IMG/VR virus record: IMGVR_UViG_3300027754_000076
Source: an uncultured virus (IMG/VR IMGVR_UViG_3300027754_000076)
Lineage: Duplodnaviria > Heunggongvirae > Uroviricota > Caudoviricetes
Direction: 5' to 3' (one strand)
DNA: 64,000 nucleotides
Under the pieces are notes generated by a model that did no database searches, had not been told where the DNA came from, and saw only the letters and a list, made by a program, of their open reading frames with translations. Positions 1-9,102 of this stretch are shown one piece after another. The stretch's first letter is position 1; each line of letters opens with the position of its first letter. A program made the translations under genes and the position numbers.

Positions 1-127
1 CTGTGATAGCGGTCACATCGGAAACGCCATCGTTGACAACCGCACCGAACATCTCAGCGGTAAGATTGCCAACGCCATTCCATATCAGCCGCCCGGTGCC
101 CATGCCGGTCGCGGTGAAGATCGTGCC
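1..127. repeat. Exact 127-bp repeat, copy 1
   Basis: ctgtgatagcggtcaca...gaagatcgtgcc is identical to 50854-50980; the copies diverge at 128/50981. Confidence 0.95.
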
Positions 128-463
128 GAGGTTGGTCGTTGCCGAGGACGAGGACGAATAATAGACCGTGGACCCACCCCCGTCGCCCGCTGTGGTTCGG
201 CCTGCGATCTGGATGAGGTCGTTGTTTACAAGATTGGTCAGAGCTTGTGCGGCAGCAACGTTAGAAGATTGAAAAACACGTTTATCAACGTATCTTTTAG
301 TTGCCAATCCAAAAGCTGTTGTTGGGTCTGCTGTTGCATAAGATGTATCAAGATACAATTGCGGAGGGGCAATGACTCTTGTCCCCGTATTGTAAGTAAC
401 ACCCAAGTTGGACTGACCAAACACGGAAAACGAAATCAGAAGAAATGTTAGAAGATATTTCAT
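1..463 (-). CDS. Tailspike of phage A, 5' part (runs off the window start; continues at 50853->48503 if the genome is circular)
   Basis: Not in the ORF track. Manual translation from ATG 463 gives MKYLLTFLLISFSVFGQSNLG...GRTTAGDGGGSTVYYSSSS...EMFGAVVNDGVSDVTAIT; the last 127 nt are identical to 50854-50980 and in frame with the 986-aa ORF. Confidence 0.85.
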   Translation of the reverse strand, partial: MKYLLTFLLISFSVFGQSNLGVTYNTGTRVIAPPQLYLDTSYATADPTTAFGLATKRYVDKRVFQSSNVAAAQALTNLVNNDLIQIAGRTTAGDGGGSTVYYSSSSSATTNLGTIFTATGMGTGRLIWNGVGNLTAEMFGAVVNDGVSDVTAIT

Positions 464-464
464 T

Positions 465-770
465 TTAATCAGGAATTGCTGCAAATGTGTAACCAGTATC
501 CTCCAATCCCAGTTGCGGGAATCCAGGTGTAAACTCGGATGTTGAAAATTGTTTGTAGTAAAGACCAGTGAAACTATCACGAACATACACATTCCCAATC
601 GGCCTTACGACGTTCTGGCCATTGGAACCCCATACCGCACCACCACTTCCGCCACCACCCATGTTGCAAAGAAGCTGGTTCGCAACCGCCCAAGCATCCT
701 GACGTTCAAGCCGGTTAAAACCAGCCGTTGCCGCCGATGTCATCAAAGATTGAACATTGCAAGAACTCAT
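465..770 (-). CDS. Small putative virion protein (paralogous N-terminal motif)
   Basis: In the capsid operon; the motif QSL..A.GF.RL...DA.AV..QLLCN is shared with 767-1000. Confidence 0.6.
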   Translation of the reverse strand: MSSCNVQSLMTSAATAGFNRLERQDAWAVANQLLCNMGGGGSGGAVWGSNGQNVVRPIGNVYVRDSFTGLYYKQFSTSEFTPGFPQLGLEDTGYTFAAIPD

Positions 771-1000
771 GGGTTTCCTCCTGTAAGATTACACAATTGC
801 TGGTTGAAAACCGCTTCAGCATCGGCGGGTTCCAAATACCGAAACTGACCAGATGCAGTCAATAACTGCTGAACAGTCTGGCCAGTTCCGGCAATGTTAG
901 AAAGCTGATACAACATGACGGCCATTGCGTCGCCATCGTTTACCAGCCGCTCGAACCCGATCCCCGCGTTCAGCAGCGATTGCGGTGAGCATGTGGACAT
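767..1000 (-). CDS. Small putative virion protein with two copies of the same motif
   Basis: Coupled overlap with 465-770; internal duplication QSLL..GFERL..DAMAV / QQLL..QFRYL..DAEAV. Confidence 0.6.
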   Translation of the reverse strand: MSTCSPQSLLNAGIGFERLVNDGDAMAVMLYQLSNIAGTGQTVQQLLTASGQFRYLEPADAEAVFNQQLCNLTGGNP

Positions 1001-1003
1001 GGC

Positions 1004-1423
1004 TTAGGTGACGGTCCAACCCGTTTTGGTTCCGTCTCCGGTGTTCTTCACATAAAAACGCGAAGTAAGACCATACGCGGCAATGTCGATATACAAGTCA
1101 CCAACGGTTCCGTAAGCGACATTTTCAGGGGTGCCAGAACCATAGATGACCTGAGAACGGCCCGTGGTTCCACCAAGGATACCAACCAAAAGCTGAAGCA
1201 AAATTGCATTTAGAATCTTGGGGCTTTCAATCTGGCCAAGCAACGATGCGTTGCTCTCAATTAAAGTCAGTGAAGGCGCATTGGTCACGCTCGACCCGGC
1301 ATTGATTTTGTTCAGTGCTCCAATTGCCCAACGAATCACGTCGGATTCGGCAACCGGAGTGAAATTGCTTGCCCCCGAAATCAGGGTTGAAGCCGGTGTA
1401 ATTGTTCCGCTGTTTGAAGCCAT
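1004..1423 (-). CDS. Putative head fibre/decoration protein
   Basis: C-terminal GSGTPE..YGTVGDLYID...FYVK..GTKTGW resembles small fibre-tip domains; downstream of the capsid gene. Confidence 0.55.
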   Translation of the reverse strand: MASNSGTITPASTLISGASNFTPVAESDVIRWAIGALNKINAGSSVTNAPSLTLIESNASLLGQIESPKILNAILLQLLVGILGGTTGRSQVIYGSGTPENVAYGTVGDLYIDIAAYGLTSRFYVKNTGDGTKTGWTVT

Positions 1424-1426
1424 AAA

Positions 1427-1711
1427 TTATTCCTCGGTTTCTTGATCCATTCCAGCCTGTTCGTCCGCACTTTCTTCGTCTTTGTTCTCCGTCGCTTCGT
1501 GGTCGGCATATTTGCCAATCGAAACTCCGTTGATTGCCGTGATGCAAATCTTCCCATCCGGGGTGCGCTCCCAAGAGCATTCAGCCTGGCCGTTTTCGCC
1601 CTTGAGGTCTGAATCAAGATCAGACGTGGGGCTGAAGGACAAGTCACCCTGTTCTGCTTCCGACCTCGCCTGTTGGGCCATTCGGCCAGATGCCATTGCG
1701 TAGCGTGCCAT
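1427..1711 (-). CDS. Acidic hypothetical protein
   Basis: Fills the operon gap after the capsid-gene hairpin. Confidence 0.55.
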   Translation of the reverse strand: MARYAMASGRMAQQARSEAEQGDLSFSPTSDLDSDLKGENGQAECSWERTPDGKICITAINGVSIGKYADHEATENKDEESADEQAGMDQETEE

Positions 1712-1720
1712 AATTTGTAG

Positions 1721-1749
1721 AAGGGGCGGCGTTTTACCGCCGCCCCTTG
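1721..1749 (-). terminator. Hairpin/terminator after the major capsid gene
   Basis: aaggggcggcg-tttta-ccgccgcccctt inverted repeat just past the capsid stop codon. Confidence 0.6.
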
Positions 1750-1759
1750 TCGGTTTGGT

Positions 1760-3430
1760 TTAGTTGGTCTGGAAGAAGATTTCCACCGTGTTGGTGGCTC
1801 CAACCGCTTCAGTAAGCTGAAGCAGCGTTCCAGTGGAATCTGCCGCCCATGTCCCAAGCGTTCCGAGATACGCATTGAGGTTGAGGTTTGTAACCAGTGC
1901 GGCGAGGGTTGCGCCCGTAACCTGAGCGTGCGTGGTGCGAGCACCGTTGACCAGCGTGCTGTTCGCCGGAATGACGTAGGTGTTGCCAGCCGCCGAATCC
2001 AGCACCGGAATCCATTGAAGGACATACGGGCAATAGGTGGGCGAACTGGAGTAGCTCTGAGCGGGATAGCCCGGAGATGCATTGGTGGTGGTCACGCCAT
2101 ACACGGCAGGCTGTTCGCGGAGGTGGAACACCGGAATCAACCATTCGGGATGTTCCGGTTTCACCGACAATTTGAAGTCGGCGATGAACCGTCCCTTGTT
2201 GACGCGCGTGTTGTCGATTGCCTTGCCGTTGCAGTCAGAACCAAGGTTGTTGACTGCGAAAATCCATTTGCCCGCGTAATCACGGACCATGAACGGCATG
2301 TTCTTGTTCACCGCTTCCGGTTTGAACGGCTTCACCATCAAAGCGCGGGGGTGATTGATGTAGCTCAACTGGTATTGCGCCAGATTGTATGCCGTGTTGT
2401 AGGCATCACCGGAACCCGTGGTCGTAGTGCTGTTCACATACGGCTGAACCACTTGGTAGCGGCCTGCTGACACCTGGTTGAACCGAAGCAGGTTGGGCAT
2501 ACACTTGACCATGTAATCGCCCACCGTGCCGGAGAAGCCGTATTTGTAGAACTCACGGGCACCCGTGGTGAAAGCGGCGGCGTCATTGAAACGCACCCGG
2601 TCATTCACGGTCGGATTGCCCTGAACCATAGAATACAGCGAATCGTTGTCGGTGTGATACTGGAGCTTGCCCAGCATCCCTTCGTCACCGGCAAACGCAT
2701 TGCCAAGCGCACCAAGCGCAAGCTGCGGATTCACCTGAGTCTGAAGGTGCAGCGGCGTAACCTTGGAAGTCGGGTCCGCCGTGGTGTTGAAATACTGGAA
2801 CCCGTTGGCACCAGTCACACTGGCACTGCCACCGCTATCCCAAGAGTAGGTGAACGGCGAGAAACCAGTTGCCGTGGCCACCTGTGGCCCGATGCCGCCA
2901 ACACTGGTGGCGGTAAGCGAGTTGTAAAGTGCCAGCTTGTAAAGGAAGTCGTTGATGATGGCGCGGCTGGCGTTGGGTAGGATTTCACCAACGATCTGCG
3001 TCAAATGCTGCTTGGCCTGCGTCTTCGACATGATTTCGTCGAAGCACAGAAGCTTGGTATTCCACTGTTGCGCCCACAGACCATACGCGAGCCGGGTGGA
3101 ACCCCAGTTCATCGTGTTCTGCGGAAGGTCGCAGTTTGTGGTGGAACAATCCTGAGCGTTTTCACCATTGGTGATCGCACCACTTGCACCAACGGCAGGT
3201 TGGGCGGCGGGCTGATACCACGCCTGGGTCGTGTCAGGATACACTGACCGGAAACGGTCAAATGCGTGCTGACTGTCGGTGTAGGCATCATAAGATGCCG
3301 TCTGGTAGTAACCCAAAAGACCGGCCCATGCAGGGCGCATGTCTTTTACGATTTCCTTGTCGAAAAACGGGGTCTGAGTGACCAGCGAATCAATGAACGT
3401 AGCGCAACCGATGTTATTTCCTGCGGCCAT
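1760..3430 (-). CDS. Major capsid protein, phage A
   Basis: 556 aa, T/S/N/G-rich, first gene of a late operon, followed by a hairpin; C-terminal KGRF.ADFK...KPEHPEW segment typical of podophage coat proteins, plus an extra C-terminal domain. Confidence 0.75.
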   Translation of the reverse strand: MAAGNNIGCATFIDSLVTQTPFFDKEIVKDMRPAWAGLLGYYQTASYDAYTDSQHAFDRFRSVYPDTTQAWYQPAAQPAVGASGAITNGENAQDCSTTNCDLPQNTMNWGSTRLAYGLWAQQWNTKLLCFDEIMSKTQAKQHLTQIVGEILPNASRAIINDFLYKLALYNSLTATSVGGIGPQVATATGFSPFTYSWDSGGSASVTGANGFQYFNTTADPTSKVTPLHLQTQVNPQLALGALGNAFAGDEGMLGKLQYHTDNDSLYSMVQGNPTVNDRVRFNDAAAFTTGAREFYKYGFSGTVGDYMVKCMPNLLRFNQVSAGRYQVVQPYVNSTTTTGSGDAYNTAYNLAQYQLSYINHPRALMVKPFKPEAVNKNMPFMVRDYAGKWIFAVNNLGSDCNGKAIDNTRVNKGRFIADFKLSVKPEHPEWLIPVFHLREQPAVYGVTTTNASPGYPAQSYSSSPTYCPYVLQWIPVLDSAAGNTYVIPANSTLVNGARTTHAQVTGATLAALVTNLNLNAYLGTLGTWAADSTGTLLQLTEAVGATNTVEIFFQTN

Positions 3431-3705
3431 AAACGAGTATTTGTTGTCTCGTCATGGGGAAATCGGGTTGGCATCGCGGCACACACCGAAAAGGAACACA
3501 AATTCCCCAACGAGTATTTGCTGTTCATCGGGACCGTATTCCCCGATAAGCCGCGAGGCTTTTGGCGGACAACCCGCCTAGGCATTGGAAGTTCCAATGT
3601 CCAAGTTACCCGCAGTCAGCCGGGAAGAAGCATTACGACCCTATTCACTGCGGTTACTCAGCTTGCCACGAATCATGGACTCGTAACAGTAGGACTAAAG
3701 CACGG

Positions 3706-3740
3706 TTGACTGTTTTTGCATAGTCTAATAAAGTGGACAC
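3706..3740 (+). promoter_or_regulatory. Sigma70-like promoter, probably leaderless transcript
   Basis: TTGACT-17 nt-TAAAGT, 6 nt before ATG 3741. Confidence 0.5.
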
Positions 3741-3971
3741 ATGGAAGCGTTTGACGGATTTGCAGTTGAAGTCGGCAGAACCCTGCATGATGCACAGAAG
3801 ACTTCGGGGGTTTCCGTGGATGAAATAATGAAAAAAACCCGCCTTTCGAGGGCGGGCATATACAACATTTTTGCAGGTAAACCACCTACTTTGCGGTCTC
3901 TGTTCCTGATTTGTCAGGCGATGAACACAAAGCCGGGTATCTGTATCGTGGGGGTTTGTTCGGAGGACTAA
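3741..3971 (+). CDS. XRE-family HTH regulator
   Basis: SVDEIMKKTRLSRAGIYNIFAGK.PTL..L..IC.AM pattern. Confidence 0.75.
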   Translation: MEAFDGFAVEVGRTLHDAQKTSGVSVDEIMKKTRLSRAGIYNIFAGKPPTLRSLFLICQAMNTKPGICIVGVCSED

Positions 3972-3988
3972 TCGTCTCCGAATAAACC

Positions 3989-4396
3989 TCACGACTTATC
4001 AACCGCCCATTTTGATTTCATTTTCCGTTCGGCGGACGTTTTCCCCTTCGGAAACTTGTGGGCCGGGAGCTTCAAGACTGACTTTTTCAACTCTTTGGAT
4101 GGTATGAACGCCACTTTGCACCGGGGCGGGAATATAAACACTTTTCCAGGCTTCCTTGGCATCCCGTGTCGCATCTCGTTCGTGCTGACAACCCGGAATA
4201 CGCCAAAGTTGTTGAACTCAAGGATGTATCCGTTCGCCAGCGCACGCCCCATTTGGGTGATGATATTTCTTATGAACAAATCTACGTCTTTTCGATGCCA
4301 TGTTCTTAAAGAGACCTTGGCTATTTCCTGCCACATGTGATCCGTGAACAGGCTTTGCGATACCCGCGTGTTGGCATGGTCGTTTTCAGTGCTCAT
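3989..4396 (-). CDS. HU/IHF-like DNA-binding protein
   Basis: LEFNNFGVFRV...FIPSKELKKSV matches the HU/IHF signature. Confidence 0.8.
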   Translation of the reverse strand: MSTENDHANTRVSQSLFTDHMWQEIAKVSLRTWHRKDVDLFIRNIITQMGRALANGYILEFNNFGVFRVVSTNEMRHGMPRKPGKVFIFPPRCKVAFIPSKELKKSVLKLPAHKFPKGKTSAERKMKSKWAVDKS

Positions 4397-4403
4397 GGGT
4401 CAA

Positions 4404-4637
4404 TCAACACTTCCCGTTCTTAACCGTGCTGATAAAGCCAAACGATTTGCCGGTAATGGCTGCCACTTCCTTGAACGGCTTTCCCATCCCCAGCAATTCT
4501 TTGACGAAATCGTGTTCGGACTGTGCCGCCCGGTAACGGCGACGCGGTTTTTCCTTGGGCACGCATCCATACCGGGAAAGCAGCGATGCGGTTTCTTGCG
4601 CGGATGAGATTCCGCAATGGGTCAGTGTCTTGTTCAT
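4404..4637 (-). CDS. Small protein with C-terminal HTH
   Basis: ATG 4637 overlaps the helicase stop; GKPFKEVAAITGKSFGFISTVKNG. Confidence 0.55.
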   Translation of the reverse strand: MNKTLTHCGISSAQETASLLSRYGCVPKEKPRRRYRAAQSEHDFVKELLGMGKPFKEVAAITGKSFGFISTVKNGKC

Positions 4638-6016
4638 GCAAATACTGGTTTCTGTCTTTTTCCCCCGCCCTTCGGCATGGCTTTTCTGTTTCTCCAACTG
4701 GTTTTCCAACGTATCCAAGCCCACTTTGGCGAGTATCCCCGTTTCAGTGCGATGGCTTGCAAATCTTCAAGAGTCTTGGCCGCGCGTTCTTCCGCCTTAT
4801 GGTCAATGCGATGGCGCACTTCCAACAAACGCTGCATTTCCCCTTCCTTCTGCTTCAGTTCGCGCGGCGACGGCGCACGCTGGATGCCGCATTGCGAACA
4901 GGCCGCACCCGCAAACACGGCGTAGCATACCTGACAGCGATGGATTTCTTCCAACTTCTCAGGAACCTTCCGCTTCGCCTTGCCTTCAAGTGACCACTCA
5001 CGATCTTCTTCGGCCAGCCCGTGACGGAAGCAGTTCCCGGCATGGTCCAACACAATGCAGTCGGAGTCGGTTGATGGTCTCAAACCCCTTCCAATTTGCT
5101 GCATGTGCATGGTCAAAGAAGCCGTTGGCCGCAACGAAATCACCGCTCCGACCGCTGGCGCGTCAAACCCTTCTGAAATCAATTCGCATGATGTCAGCAC
5201 TTTGGTCCGCCCACTGGCCAACCGCGCCAACCTTTCCGCCCGTTCATCCTTCGACAGTTTTCCATCTACGCTTTCCGAGGTAATTCCCGCCTCGCTAAAC
5301 GCCCGTGCCACACCTTCCGCATGGGCTACGGTGACACAGAATGCCAGTGCAGTGCGTCCGTTCGCCAGCCGTTGATATTCGATGACCGCATTACCCGTCA
5401 CCGAAGGTTTTGCCATCAGCTTTTCAAGATCGGCATGGTTGAAATCACCGCCTGTCTTGCGAAGTCCAGATACGTCCACCAGTTCCTTCGGCGCATAGTA
5501 AATCGGCTGCTTCAACCAACCGTTTGCAATTAACCACTTCATGGACGGTCCCGACACGATGACATCGGCCACCTGATTCAATCCTTTCCCATCCAACCGC
5601 TGCGGAGTGGCGGTCAATCCCAGCACCTTGGCATTCGGAAAAGCTTCGATAACTTTCAAGAAAGTCGTTGAAACCGCATGTTGAAATTCGTCCACAAATA
5701 TGAAATCAGGTGGCGCGTATGTGCCCAACCGGTTGGCCGCAATCCCTATGGTGTCGATATGGCAGGGTGAATCGGTCCCAATATCAGCACAGGGAACTCC
5801 CGCCCCGGTAAAGGCACGGACAAGTTGCCCTTTGATTTCCTGCCGGTGGGTCAGCACCAGCATTTGATTCCCCTTCGCATACGCCCCGGACCCGATGTAG
5901 GCGGCGATGCAAGTTTTGCCACCGCCTGTGGAAAGCTGCATGATGACACGGCGATATTTCCGAAACGCATCGCGCGTCAGTTCCACCAGGTCCAGTTGGT
6001 AGGGACGGAGGGTCAC
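4634..6016 (-). CDS. SF2 DEAD/DEAH-like helicase
   Basis: LRPYQ, LSTGGGKT, VDEFQH, GLTATP, EGFD, QQIGRGLR motifs and a C-terminal CxxC..CxxC. Confidence 0.92.
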   Translation of the reverse strand: MTLRPYQLDLVELTRDAFRKYRRVIMQLSTGGGKTCIAAYIGSGAYAKGNQMLVLTHRQEIKGQLVRAFTGAGVPCADIGTDSPCHIDTIGIAANRLGTYAPPDFIFVDEFQHAVSTTFLKVIEAFPNAKVLGLTATPQRLDGKGLNQVADVIVSGPSMKWLIANGWLKQPIYYAPKELVDVSGLRKTGGDFNHADLEKLMAKPSVTGNAVIEYQRLANGRTALAFCVTVAHAEGVARAFSEAGITSESVDGKLSKDERAERLARLASGRTKVLTSCELISEGFDAPAVGAVISLRPTASLTMHMQQIGRGLRPSTDSDCIVLDHAGNCFRHGLAEEDREWSLEGKAKRKVPEKLEEIHRCQVCYAVFAGAACSQCGIQRAPSPRELKQKEGEMQRLLEVRHRIDHKAEERAAKTLEDLQAIALKRGYSPKWAWIRWKTSWRNRKAMPKGGGKRQKPVFA

Positions 6017-6019
6017 GGC

Positions 6020-6244
6020 TTACGTCCTGACAAGCTCCCCCTCCCGCTTCTCCAACTCCGCAATCCGTTTCCGGCATTCGCTCCGCAACAGCGGGTAAAA
6101 CACCTTCTCATGCTTTTCCTTAATCTTTTGCTCGCCCCGTTCCATCTTGGAGATGGACACCAGTTGGAACCCGGACAGCACCGACATCCGGTAAAGGGAC
6201 ACCCCCAGCATCTTCCGCGTTGTTCTGAGAATCTTGGCAGTCAT
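6020..6244 (-). CDS. Cro/XRE HTH protein
   Basis: LRTTRKMLGVSLYRMSVLSG...SISKMERGE; likely start ATG 6244. Confidence 0.7.
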   Translation of the reverse strand: MTAKILRTTRKMLGVSLYRMSVLSGFQLVSISKMERGEQKIKEKHEKVFYPLLRSECRKRIAELEKREGELVRT

Positions 6245-6343
6245 CGGCACAAGAAATACACCCGTCACCCTCCGTTGCAACAATATAAAAATATATTTTT
6301 CATGGTTGACCGATCCGCGCTCCCGTGGTCTTCTGAATCCGAC

Positions 6344-6787
6344 ATGGCTAATTTTAACAAGGTAATACTCGCTGGCAACCTTACCCGCGACCCGGAACTT
6401 AAACATACCCCCAAGGGAACGGCGGTGGCCAAGCTGGGGCTGGCAATCAACCGCAACTGGACCACCGAATCCGGCGAGAAACGCGAGGAAGTGACGTTCG
6501 TGGACGTGACCGCTTTCGGAAAGCAGGCCGAAGTCCTCGCCCAATATCTTCGCAAGGGTCGTTCCGTCCTGATCGAAGGCCGGTTGAATCTGGAGACGTG
6601 GGATGACAAAACGACCGGCCAGAAGAAATCGAAGCTGGGTGTGGTCATGGAATCGTTCTCATTCCTTGGCGGTGCAGCCGGGGAGAACAAGCCAGCGGAA
6701 ACAGCACGGGCAGCCGCTCCCGGACCTGCGAGTGCAGCCGCTCTAAAGCCTGCTGGTGTGGTGGAACAGGATGACATTCCTTTTTGA
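6344..6787 (+). CDS. ssb: Single-stranded DNA-binding protein
   Basis: MANFNKVILAGNLTRDPEL... with acidic DDIPF tail; true start ATG 6344. Confidence 0.97.
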   Translation: MANFNKVILAGNLTRDPELKHTPKGTAVAKLGLAINRNWTTESGEKREEVTFVDVTAFGKQAEVLAQYLRKGRSVLIEGRLNLETWDDKTTGQKKSKLGVVMESFSFLGGAAGENKPAETARAAAPGPASAAALKPAGVVEQDDIPF

Positions 6788-6805
6788 ACTATTACCCCTC
6801 CAACT

Positions 6806-7255
6806 ATGACCCCTACTGATTCATGTTTCACGCGCAAATGGGTTCCCGGTATCGAACCGTGGATCGCAATCCATCGCGATTCTGCCCTTAAACTGTTGAA
6901 GGACTATGACCTGACAGATGCACAGAAAAACTCCATTGACGCGCTGATGCTTGAATACTGCATCGTGTTGAATAACGCCGGATTGATTCACTACGGAAAG
7001 ACCGAAGGCGAGGCCATAATGAAGGCGTGCGGCATGAGTTTTCCGACCGAAGACAGTGGTGATGGATTCACAATCCAAACAAAAATCACACAACGGCAAC
7101 TTGAAGACATCCTGATAAATGAAGGCATTATTCAGGCTGCTGCTGTTGAAGACCCTTTCGGCTACGATGGTGGTAAAACGGAACTGGCTATCACCATTGC
7201 AGCCCAACAGATAAACAAACTGCTTTGTCCAAGACCGGAAGTTTCCAAACCATGA
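6806..7255 (+). CDS. Hypothetical protein
   Basis: ORF in the replication operon, coupled to the next gene. Confidence 0.6.
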   Translation: MTPTDSCFTRKWVPGIEPWIAIHRDSALKLLKDYDLTDAQKNSIDALMLEYCIVLNNAGLIHYGKTEGEAIMKACGMSFPTEDSGDGFTIQTKITQRQLEDILINEGIIQAAAVEDPFGYDGGKTELAITIAAQQINKLLCPRPEVSKP

Positions 7256-7402
7256 CCCCCTCCGACATCAACGCCGAAATCACCTACCGTTCCGAAGAAC
7301 GTCTGGCCTTGCTGGGGTTCCTGAACGGTCCTGACACGCCGCGTTTCATTTCCTCACGGGTCCGCCGCGAAGTCATGGACGAGGTAAAGTCCAAGTGGCC
7401 CG

Positions 7403-8700
7403 TTCAAATTCCTCGCCCTAAAGGGCGGGGATTGAGCCAGAACCTACACCACAACCAGCATGTCGAGTAACCGAACATTCCAGATGCGATATTGGCAGTT
7501 CCGAGCTTTCGAGGGTTTGAATGTTCCTCGTGGCGGAAGCGCAGTGCGCAGCTACCACAGACCGCAGGCGAATATTCTTACTGGCCTGACGGTCGGCATC
7601 ATCTTTTTGACCGCACTTCTGACAGCAGAAGTGCAGGCCCTTCCGATTGGACGCCGAGACGAATCCACATTCCGAGCAACCCCGGCTTGTGTTTCTTGGG
7701 TCAACCATTTCCACTCCGATGCCAACCGCAGCGGCCTTGTAGGTCACAAAGAATTGCCCTTGTGCATACGGCCAGCGGTGGACTTTGGAGCGCAGGTCTT
7801 TCCCTTTGCTCAGAGAACTGTCTCTTATGTTCCCCAAGTTTTCCAAGCAGATCGTCCTTGCATCATTCGCGACAGCGTAGGCCACCAGTTTTTTGCTCGC
7901 TCGATGGAGCAAGTTTACCGTTACGGCAGCTTCGTGGCCGCTCATGCGTCTAAGGAGACGCCGAGCACTACGAGTGCCAACGGACTGAATGGCCGCGCGT
8001 TCGCGGCGAATACAGGAACGGCGATGGTTTTCCATCCCTCCCTTGAAAAAGAATGTGCGGTTGTTCGCGGAATTGGTAGCGACCATCAAACGCTTGATTC
8101 CAAAATCCACGCCGACGATGCAGCCTTCGGTTTTCGGTTCTACGATCTCGACTTCGTGCGCGAGGCACAGATACCACACCTTTCCAACCCGCTTCACCTT
8201 GGAATCCTTCCAGCCGTTCGCCGGGATGTTCGGATGCTGCAAGACGACTGGCTTGCCGAGAACAGTCACGCCCTTCTTGTTTCGAGCGAAGTCCCTCTCG
8301 TGCGTCAGCGGCATCGTGGGCCGCTTGTAGATGCACAAATCCCATTTGCCGAGAGCCTTCAACGTCTTGTAGCTGGCGGTCACTTGGCGGAACAGGGAGC
8401 ATGTCAACTGCGAGGGGATGCCGAACTTCTCACGAACGACGGCGTAGAAGGCGCGGGAGAGTCGGTTCGAGTTCATCTCCTTCGACTCAAAAACCTGCTT
8501 CGACACCCAGCAAGCAGCCGCGAGGTAGCGAACGGCAATCTCATCGAGATGCTCCGATTTGCCAACTTTGCACTTGATTGTCCGTATCGCTTTCAATACC
8601 TTTCACTAGAACAGATTCTCTTGAACACGTCAATACAAATCGCAACCAACAACGGAAAAGACGGGCTAAAGCCCGTGGTTTCCACCCAAAGGATATTTTG
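7403..8700 (-). mobile_element. Non-autonomous IS200/IS605-family element (tnpB only)
   Basis: Subterminal hairpins cctcgccc-taaa-gggcgggg (7411-7430) and acgggc-taaa-gcccgt (8661-8676); no target-site duplication; no tnpA in the window. Confidence 0.85.
7418..8596 (-). CDS. tnpB: RNA-guided endonuclease TnpB
   Basis: RuvC-I GVDFG, RuvC-II LENL, VDPRNTSRGCSECG..CQKCG zinc finger, RuvC-III DADRQASKNI. Confidence 0.95.
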   Translation of the reverse strand: MKAIRTIKCKVGKSEHLDEIAVRYLAAACWVSKQVFESKEMNSNRLSRAFYAVVREKFGIPSQLTCSLFRQVTASYKTLKALGKWDLCIYKRPTMPLTHERDFARNKKGVTVLGKPVVLQHPNIPANGWKDSKVKRVGKVWYLCLAHEVEIVEPKTEGCIVGVDFGIKRLMVATNSANNRTFFFKGGMENHRRSCIRRERAAIQSVGTRSARRLLRRMSGHEAAVTVNLLHRASKKLVAYAVANDARTICLENLGNIRDSSLSKGKDLRSKVHRWPYAQGQFFVTYKAAAVGIGVEMVDPRNTSRGCSECGFVSASNRKGLHFCCQKCGQKDDADRQASKNIRLRSVVAAHCASATRNIQTLESSELPISHLECSVTRHAGCGVGSGSIPAL

Positions 8701-8740
8701 ATGAGTATGCCAAGGCGGTGGAGATCGGGATACTGACACC

Positions 8741-9082
8741 GTGAAACCGCACACCAACCTGCTTAACGAGATACTGCTTTCCTGTCCTCCCAACGTGCGC
8801 CTGTTCCGCAACGACGTGGGCCTGGCCGAACTCGTTGATGGTCGCCGGTTGCGCTATGGTCTGCTCCCCGGTTCCGGCGACCTCATCGGATTCTCAATCA
8901 TTCGTGGGGTCGCCGTCTTTACTTCCGTCGAAGCCAAGGTGGGTCGCGACCAACTGAGGCCCATGCAGGAAACCTGGCGCGATAACGTGACCAAGGCGGG
9001 CGGAATCGCCATCGTTTGCCGTTCCGCCGATGAATGCTGGAAAGCGTATCGCGAACAGGCGGTGGCGTTTCCGAGACATTGA
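8741..9082 (+). CDS. VRR-NUC domain nuclease
   Basis: LFRNDVG, GSGDLIG, VEAK..RPMQETW...GGIAIVCRS. Confidence 0.88.
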   Translation: MKPHTNLLNEILLSCPPNVRLFRNDVGLAELVDGRRLRYGLLPGSGDLIGFSIIRGVAVFTSVEAKVGRDQLRPMQETWRDNVTKAGGIAIVCRSADECWKAYREQAVAFPRH

Positions 9083-9102
9083 TCCCCAAAGACCATCATC
9101 CC

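Larger units (their letters stand above)
7252..8744 (+). pseudogene. 64-aa gene interrupted by the TnpB IS (7252-7402 + 8701-8744)
   Basis: Removing 7403-8700 gives ...KSKWP-DEYAKAVEIGILTP*, whose TGA overlaps the GTG start at 8741. Confidence 0.75.

Noticed and set aside
1..127. Biological direct terminal repeat or attL/attR
   Set aside because: It lies mid-gene, its length equals a common assembler k-mer, and no integrase is visible. An assembly-graph overlap is the simpler explanation.
5825..6343. N-terminal extension of SSB in the ORF track
   Set aside because: Overlaps the helicase and HTH genes on the opposite strand; the canonical SSB start is ATG 6344.
7403..8700. IStron (self-splicing IS)
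   Set aside because: tnpB fills nearly the whole element and is antisense to the host gene, leaving no room for a group I intron core.
7460..8701. 413-aa + strand ORF
   Set aside because: Antisense shadow of tnpB with no recognisable motifs.
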